Source: Auanema rhodensis (Eukaryota; Animalia; Nematoda). From it: DNA of 64,000 nt. The translations under genes were made by a program, and so were the position numbers. Shown here one piece after another: positions 55,828 through 64,000 of the stretch. Each line of letters starts with the position of its first letter. Position 1 is the first letter of the stretch. A model generated the notes under the pieces. The model was not told the DNA's origin, did not search any database, and worked only from the letters and a program-made list of their open reading frames with translations. The stretch lies in the NCBI GenBank assembly GCA_964057225.1, contig OZ059894.1:19902001-19966000 (forward strand). Reading direction: 5' to 3'.

Positions 55828-57933
55828 GTTGAGTTTCCATGTACACTCAACATTGCTTCCAAAAACATTTTGACAAAAATTTTTTCGAAAAATTTCAAAA
55901 TAATTTAGCAAAAAGTAGATGTTTTTAGATTCCATTTTTTAAGGCAAAGACGATGGACAATGTTATTCAACGAAAAAATTAATTCTTCAGGGTGAAAATC
56001 GAGGATATAAGTGTGAACTTATATCAGTTGATATCTCGGTGCATTTTTAAGCTAGCGCAAATCTGATAACACAGAACGACGCAGCTTAAAAATCCGCATC
56101 GAATGCACTATACTACATTGAAAAACGCTTAATACAAAAATTAGTTATGATCGTTTGAAAAATGATGCATTAGTGTATGTTGAGTTTCCATGTACACTCA
56201 ACATTGCTTCCAAAAACATTTTGACAAAAATTTTTTCGAAAAATTTCAAAATAATTTAGCAAAAAGTAGATGTTTTTAGATTCCTTTTTTCAAGGCAAAG
56301 ACGATGGACAATGTTATTCAACGAAAAAATTAATTCTTCAGGGTGAAAATTGAGGATATAAGTGTGAACTTATATCAGTTGATATCTCGGTGCATTTTTA
56401 AGCTAGCGCAAATCTGATAACACAGAACGACGCAGATTAAAAATCCGCATCGAATGCACTATACTGCATTGAAAAATGCTTAATACAAAAATTAGTTATG
56501 ATCGTTTGAAAAATGATGCATTAGTGTATGTTGAGTTTCCATGTACACTCAACATTGCTTCCAAAAACATTTTGACAAAAATTTTTTCGAAAAATTTCAA
56601 AATAATTTAGCAAAAAGTAGATGTTTTTAGATTCCTTTTTTCAAGGCAAAGACGATGGACAATGTTATTCAACGAAAAAATTAATTCTTCAGGGTGAAAA
56701 TTGAGGATATAAGTGTGAACTTATATCAGTTGATATCTCGGTGCATTTTTAAGCTAGCGCAAATCTGATAACACAGAACGACGCAGCTTGAAAATCCGCA
56801 TCGAATGCACTATACTACATTGAGAAACGCTTAATACAAAAATTAGTTATGATCGTTTGAAAAATGATGCATTAGTGTATGTTGAGTTTCCATGTACACT
56901 CAACATTGCTTCCAAAAACATTTTGACAAAAATTTTTTCGAAAAATTTCAGAATAATTTAGCAAAAAGTAGATGTTTTTAGATTCCATTTTTCAAGGCAA
57001 AGACGATGGACAATGTTATTCAACGAAAAAATTAATTCTTCAGGGTGAAAATCGAGGATATAAGTGTGAACTTATATCAGTTGATATCTCGGTGCATTTT
57101 TAAGCTAGCGCAAATCTGATAACACAGAACGACGCAGCTTAAAAATCCGCATCGAATGCACTATACTACATTGAGAAACGCTTGATACAAAAATTAGTTA
57201 TGATCGTTTGAAAAATGATGCATTAGTGTATGTTGAGTTTCCATGTACACTCAATATTGCTTCCAAAAACATTTTGACAAAAATTTTTTCGAAAAATTTC
57301 AAAATAATTTAGCAAAAAGTAGATGTTTTTAGATTCCATTTTTCAAGGCAAAGACGATAGACAATGTTATTTAACGAAAAAATTAATTCTTCAGGGTGAA
57401 AATCGAGGATATAAGTGTGAACTTATATCAGTTGATATCTCGGTGCATTTTTAAGCTAGCGCAAATCTGATAACACAGATCGACGCAGCTTAAAAATCCG
57501 CATCGAATGCACTATACTACATTGAAAAACGCTTAATACAAAAATTAGTTATGATCGTTTGAAAAATGATGCATTAGTGTATGTTGAGTTTCCATGTACA
57601 CTCAATATTGCTTCCAAAAACATTTTGACAAAAATTTTTTCGAAAAATTTCAAAATAATTTAGCAAAAAGTAGATGTTTTTAGATTCCTTTTTTCAAGGC
57701 AAAGACGATGGACAATGTTATTCAACGAAAAAATCATTTCTTCAGGGTGAAAATCGAGGATATAAGTGTGAACTTATATCAGTTGATATCTCGGTGCATT
57801 TTTAAGCTAGCGCAAATCTGATAACACAGATCGACGCAGCTTAAAAATCCGCATCGAATGCACTATACTACATTGAGAAACGCTCAATACAAAACTTAGT
57901 TATGATCGTTTGAAAAATGATGCATTAGTGTAT

Positions 57934-60900
57934 ATTGAAATTCCATGTACACTCAACATTGCTTCCAAAAACATTTTGACTAAAATTTTTTCGAAAAATT
58001 TCAAAATAATTTAGCAAAAAGTAGATGTTTTTAGATTCCTTTTTTTAAGGCAAAGACGATGGACAATGTTATTCAACGAAAAAATTATTTCTTCAGGGTG
58101 AAAATCGAGGATATAAGTGTGAACCTATATCAGTTGATTTCTCGGTGCATTTTTAAGCTAGCGCAAATCTGATAACACAGATCGACGCAGCTTAAAAAGC
58201 CGCATCGAATGCACTATACTACATTGAAAAACGTTTAATACAAAAATTAGTTATGATCGTTTGAAAAATGATGCATTAGTGTATGTTGAGTTTCCATGTA
58301 CACTCAACATTGCTTCCAAAAACATTTTGACAAAAATTTTTTCGAAAAATTTCAAAAGAATTTAGCAAAAAGTAGATGTTTTTAGATTCCATTTTTCAAG
58401 GCAAAGACGATAGACAATGTTATTCAACGAAAAAATTAATTCTTTAGGGTGAAAATCGAGGATATAAGTGTGAACTTATATCAGTTGATATCTCGGTGCA
58501 TTTTTAAGCTAGCGCAAATCTGATCACACAGATCGACGCAGCTTGAGAATCCGCATCGAATGCACTATACTACATTGAGAAACGCTTAATACACAAATTA
58601 GTTATGATCGTTTGAAAAATGATGCATTAGTGTATGTTGAGTTTCCATGTACACTCAATATTGCTTCCAAAAACATTTTGACAAAAATTTTTTCGAAAAA
58701 TTTCAAAAGAATTTAGCAAAAAGTAGATGTTTTTAGATTCCATTTTTCAAGGCAAAGATGATGGACAATGTTATTCAACGAAAAAATCATTTCTTCAGGG
58801 TGAAAATCGGGGATATAAGTGTGAACTTATATCAGTTGATATCTCGGTGCATTTTTAAGCTAGCGCAAATCTGATAACACAGATCGACGCAGCTTAAAAA
58901 TCCGCATCGAATGCACTATACTACATTGAGAAACGCTTGATACAAAAATTAGTTATGATCGTTTGAAAAATGATGCATTAGTGTATGTTGAGTTTCCATG
59001 TACACTCAACATTGCTTCCAAAAACATTTTGACAAAAATTTTTTCGAAAAATTTCAAAAGAATTTAGCAAAAAGTAGATGTTTTTAGATTCCATTTTTCA
59101 AGGCAAAGACGATGGACAATGTTATTCAACGGAAAAATTAATTCTTTAGGGTGAAAATCGAGGATATAAGTGTGAACTTATATCAGTTGATATCTCGGTG
59201 CATTTTTAAGCTAGCGCAAATCTGATAACACAGATCGACGCAGCTTAAAAATCCGCATCGAATGCACTATACTACATTGAGAAACGCTCAATACAAAACT
59301 TAGTTATGATCGTTTGAAAAATGATGCATTAGTGTATATTGAAATTCCATGTACACTCAACATTGCTTCCAAAAACATTTTGACTAAAATTTTTTCGAAA
59401 AATTTCAAAATAATTTAGCAAAAAGTAGATGTTTTTAGATTCCTTTTTTTAAGGCAAAGACGATGGACAATGTTATTCAACGAAAAAATTATTTCTTCAG
59501 GGTGAAAATCGAGGATATAAGTGTGAACCTATATCAGTTGATTTCTCGGTGCATTTTTAAGCTAGCGCAAATCTGATAACACAGATCGACGCAGCTTAAA
59601 AATCCGCATCGAATGCACTATACTACATTGAGAAACGCTTAATACACAAATTAGTTATGATCGTTTGAAAAATGATGCATTAGTGTATGTTGAGTTTCCA
59701 TGTACACTCAATATTGCTTCCAAAAACATTTTGACAAAAATTTTTTCGAAAAATTTCAAAAGAATTTAGCAAAAAGTAGATGTTTTTAGATTCCATTTTT
59801 CAAGGCAAAGATGATGGACAATGTTATTCAACGAAAAAATCATTTCTTCAGGGTGAAAATCGGGGATATAAGTGTGAACTTATATCAGTTGATATCTCGG
59901 TGCATTTTTAAGCTAGCGCAAATCTGATAACACAGATCGACGCAGCTTAAAAATCCGCATCGAATGCACTATACTACATTGAGAAACGCTTGATACAAAA
60001 ATTAGTTATGATCGTTTGAAAAATGATGCATTAGTGTATGTTGAGTTTCCATGTACACTCAACATTGCTTCCAAAAACATTTTGACAAAAATTTTTTCGA
60101 AAAATTTCAAAAGAATTTAGCAAAAAGTAGATGTTTTTAGATTCCATTTTTCAAGGCAAAGACGATGGACAATGTTATTCAACGGAAAAATTAATTCTTT
60201 AGGGTGAAAATCGAGGATATAAGTGTGAACTTATATCAGTTGATATCTCGGTGCATTTTTAAGCTAGCGCAAATCTGATAACACAGATCGACGCAGCTTG
60301 AAAATCCGCATCGAATGCACTATACTACATTGAGAAACGCTCAATACAAAACTTAGTTATGATCGTTTGAAAAATGATGCATTAGTGTATATTGAAATTC
60401 CATGTACACTCAACATTGCTTCCAAAAACATTTTGACTAAAATTTTTTCGAAAAATTTCAAAATAATTTAGCAAAAAGTAGATGTTTTTAGATTCCTTTT
60501 TTTAAGGCAAAGACGATGGACAATGTTATTCAACGAAAAAATTATTTCTTCAGGGTGAAAATCGAGGATATAAGTGTGAACCTATATCAGTTGATTTCTC
60601 GGTGCATTTTTAAGCTAGCGCAAATCTGATAACACAGATCGACGCAGCTTAAAAAGCCGCATCGAATGCACTATACTACATTGAAAAACGTTTAATACAA
60701 AAATTAGTTATGATCGTTTGAAAAATGATGCATTAGTGTATGTTGAGTTTCCATGTACACTCAACATTGCTTCCAAAAACATTTTGACAAAAATTTTTTC
60801 GAAAAATTTCAAAAGAATTTAGCAAAAAGTAGATGTTTTTAGATTCCATTTTTCAAGGCAAAGACGATAGACAATGTTATTCAACGAAAAAATTAATTCT

Positions 60901-63900
60901 TTAGGGTGAAAATCGAGGATATAAGTGTGAACTTATATCAGTTGATATCTCGGTGCATTTTTAAGCTAGCGCAAATCTGATCACACAGATCGACGCAGCT
61001 TAAAAATCCGCATCGAATGCACTATACTACATTGAGAAACGCTTAATACAAAAATTAGTTATGATCGTTTGAAAAATGATGCATTAGTGTATGTTGAGTT
61101 TCCATGTACACTCAATATTGCTTCCAAAAACATTTTGACAAAAATTTTTTCGAAAAATTTCAAAAGAATTTAGCAAAAAGTAGATGTTTTTAGATTCCAT
61201 TTTTCAAGGCAAAGATGATGGACAATGTTATTCAACGAAAAAATCATTTCTTCAGGGTGAAAATCGGGGATATAAGTGTGAACTTATATCAGTTGATATC
61301 TCGGTGCATTTTTAAGCTAGCGCAAATCTGATAACACAGATCGACGCAGCTTAAAAATCCGCATCGAATGCACTATACTACATTGAGAAACGCTTGATAC
61401 AAAAATTAGTTATGATCGTTTGAAAAATGATGCATTAGTGTATGTTGAGTTTCCATGTACACTCAACATTGCTTCCAAAAACATTTTGACAAAAATTTTT
61501 TCGAAAAATTTCAAAAGAATTTAGCAAAAAGTAGATGTTTTTAGATTCCATTTTTCAAGGCAAAGACGATGGACAATGTTATTCAACGGAAAAATTAATT
61601 CTTTAGGGTGAAAATCGAGGATATAAGTGTGAACTTATATCAGTTGATATCTCGGTGCATTTTTAAGCTAGCGCAAATCTGATAACACAGATCGACGCAG
61701 CTTGAAAATCCGCATCGAATGCACTATACTACATTGAGAAACGCTCAATACAAAACTTAGTTATGATCGTTTGAAAAATGATGCATTAGTGTATATTGAA
61801 ATTCCATGTACACTCAACATTGCTTCCAAAAACATTTTGACTAAAATTTTTTCGAAAAATTTCAAAATAATTTAGCAAAAAGTAGATGTTTTTAGATTCC
61901 TTTTTTTAAGGCAAAGACGATGGACAATGTTATTCAACGAAAAAATTATTTCTTCAGGGTGAAAATCGAGGATATAAGTGTGAACCTATATCAGTTGATT
62001 TCTCGGTGCATTTTTAAGCTAGCGCAAATCTGATAACACAGATCGACGCAGCTTAAAAAGCCGCATCGAATGCACTATACTACATTGAAAAACGTTTAAT
62101 ACAAAAATTAGTTATGATCGTTTGAAAAATGATGCATTAGTGTATGTTGAGTTTCCATGTACACTCAACATTGCTTCCAAAAACATTTTGACAAAAATTT
62201 TTTCGAAAAATTTCAAAAGAATTTAGCAAAAAGTAGATGTTTTTAGATTCCATTTTTCAAGGCAAAGACGATGGACAATGTTATTCAACGAAAAAATTAT
62301 TTCTTCAGGGTGAAAATCGAGGATATAAGTGTGAACTTATATCAGTTGATTTCTCGGTGCATTTTTAAGCTAGCGCAAATCTGATAACACAGATCGACGC
62401 AGCTTAAAAAGCCGCATCGAATGCACTATACTACATTGAAAAACGTTTAATACAAAAATTAGTTATGATCGTTTGAAAAATGATGCATTAGTGTATGTTG
62501 AGTTTCCATGTACACTCAACATTGCTTCCAAAAACATTTTGACAAAAATTTTTTCGAAAAATTTCAAAAGAATTTAGCAAAAAGTAGATGTTTTTAGATT
62601 CCATTTTTCAAGGCAAAGACGATAGACAATGTTATTCAACGAAAAAATTAATTCTTTAGGGTGAAAATCGAGGATATAAGTGTGAACTTATATCAGTTGA
62701 TATCTCGGTGCATTTTTAAGCTAGCGCAAATCTGATCACACAGATCGACGCAGCTTGAGAATCCGCATCGAATGCACTATACTACATTGAGAAACGCTTA
62801 ATACACAAATTAGTTATGATCGTTTGAAAAATGATGCATTAGTGTATGTTGAGTTTCCATGTACACTCAATATTGCTTCCAAAAACATTTTGACAAAAAT
62901 TTTTTCGAAAAATTTCAAAAGAATTTAGCAAAAAGTAGATGTTTTTAGATTCAATTTTTCAAGGCAAAGATGATGGACAATGTTATTCAACGAAAAAATC
63001 ATTTCTTCAGGGTGAAAATCGGGGATATAAGTGTGAACTTATATCAGTTGATATCTCGGTGCATTTTTAAGCTAGCGCAAATCTGATAACACAGATCGAC
63101 GCAGCTTAAAAATCCGCATCGAATGCACTATACTACATTGAGAAACGCTTGATACAAAAATTAGTTATGATCGTTTGAAAAATGATGCATTAGTGTATGT
63201 TGAGTTTCCATGTACACTCAACATTGCTTCCAAAAACATTTTGACAAAAATTTTTTCGAAAAATTTCAAGAGAATTTAGCAAAAAGTAGATGTTTTTAGA
63301 TTCCATTTTTCAAGGCAAAGACGATGGACAATGTTATTCAACGGAAAAATTAATTCTTTAGGGTGAAAATCGAGGATATAAGTGTGAACTTATATCAGTT
63401 GATATCTCGGTGCATTTTTAAGCTAGCGCAAATCTGATCACACAGATCGACGCAGCTTAAAAATCCGCATCGAATGCACTATACTACATTGAGAAACGCT
63501 TGATACAAAAATTAGTTATGATCGTTTGAAAAATGATGCATTAGTGTATGTTGAGTTTCCATGTACACTCAACATTGCTTCCAAAAACATTTTGACAAAA
63601 ATTTTTTCGAAAAATTTCAAAAGAATTTAGCAAAAAGTAGATGTTTTTAGATTCCATTTTTCAAGGCAAAGACGATGGACAATGTTATTCAACGGAAAAA
63701 TTAATTCTTTAGGGTGAAAATCGAGGATATAAGTGTGAACTTATATCAGTTGATATCTCGGTGCATTTTTAAGCTAGCGCAAATCTGATCACACAGATCG
63801 ACGCAGCTTAAAAATCCGCATCGAATGCACTATACTACATTGAGAAACGCTTAATACACAAATTAGTTATGATCGTTTGAAAAATGATGCATTAGTGTAT
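57934..63900. repeat. Diverged 4-mer (1404 bp) higher-order repeat layer
   Basis: Four monomer types, each with several private SNPs, cycle A-B-C-D. Type A (ATTGAAATTCC) starts at 57934, 59338, 60391 and 61795. Confidence 0.9.
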
Positions 63901-64000
63901 GTTGAGTTTCCATGTACACTCAACATTGCTTCCAAAAACATTTTGACAAAATTTTTTCGAAAAATTTCAAAATAATTTAGCAAAAAGTAGATGTTTTTGG

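Larger units (their letters stand above)
1..64000. repeat. Tandem satellite DNA array, 351-bp AT-rich monomer, ~182.3 head-to-tail copies
   Basis: GTTGAGTTTCCATGTACAC recurs at 1, 352, 3511, 7021, 14041 and 21061 (exact multiples of 351). After an 18-bp shift it recurs at 21430, 21781, 28801, 35821, 42841, 49861, 56881 and 63901. Copies differ by only a few substitutions and the array runs off both window edges. Confidence 0.99.

Noticed and set aside
57583-57960. Compensatory covariation in the ATGTTGAGT/ACTCAACAT stem (ATATTGA and TCAATAT alleles)
   Set aside because: The two complementary changes occur in different monomers and were not seen in cis, so they do not show covariation.
1-64000. 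CRISPR array
   Set aside because: There are no unique spacers; the entire 351 bp is repeated and no cas genes are present.

Overview
The whole 64 kb window is one uninterrupted head-to-tail satellite DNA array. The monomer is 351 bp and about 31% GC by hand count of monomer 1. There are 182 full monomers plus a 100-bp partial copy, all in the same orientation. Taking GTTGAGTTTCC as the start, monomers begin at 1+351k up to 21061. An 18-bp duplication at 21378-21413 shifts the register, and monomers then begin at 21430+351k up to 63901. I found no genes, transposon insertions, inversions or CRISPR spacers; the six listed ORFs come from single stop-removing SNPs in the repeat. The structure worth attention lies inside the repeat. 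(i) Each monomer is tiled with inverted repeats, including two long imperfect hairpins of about 70 bp, and several variants improve their pairing. (ii) Diagnostic SNPs show nested 3-, 4-, 9- and 10-monomer higher-order duplications with chimeric junction monomers. (iii) Variants are regionally restricted, with a more diverged 4-mer higher-order repeat layer from about 57.9 kb. This is consistent with eukaryotic centromeric or pericentromeric heterochromatin, probably from a genome with little CpG methylation. I cannot name the family or the organism.
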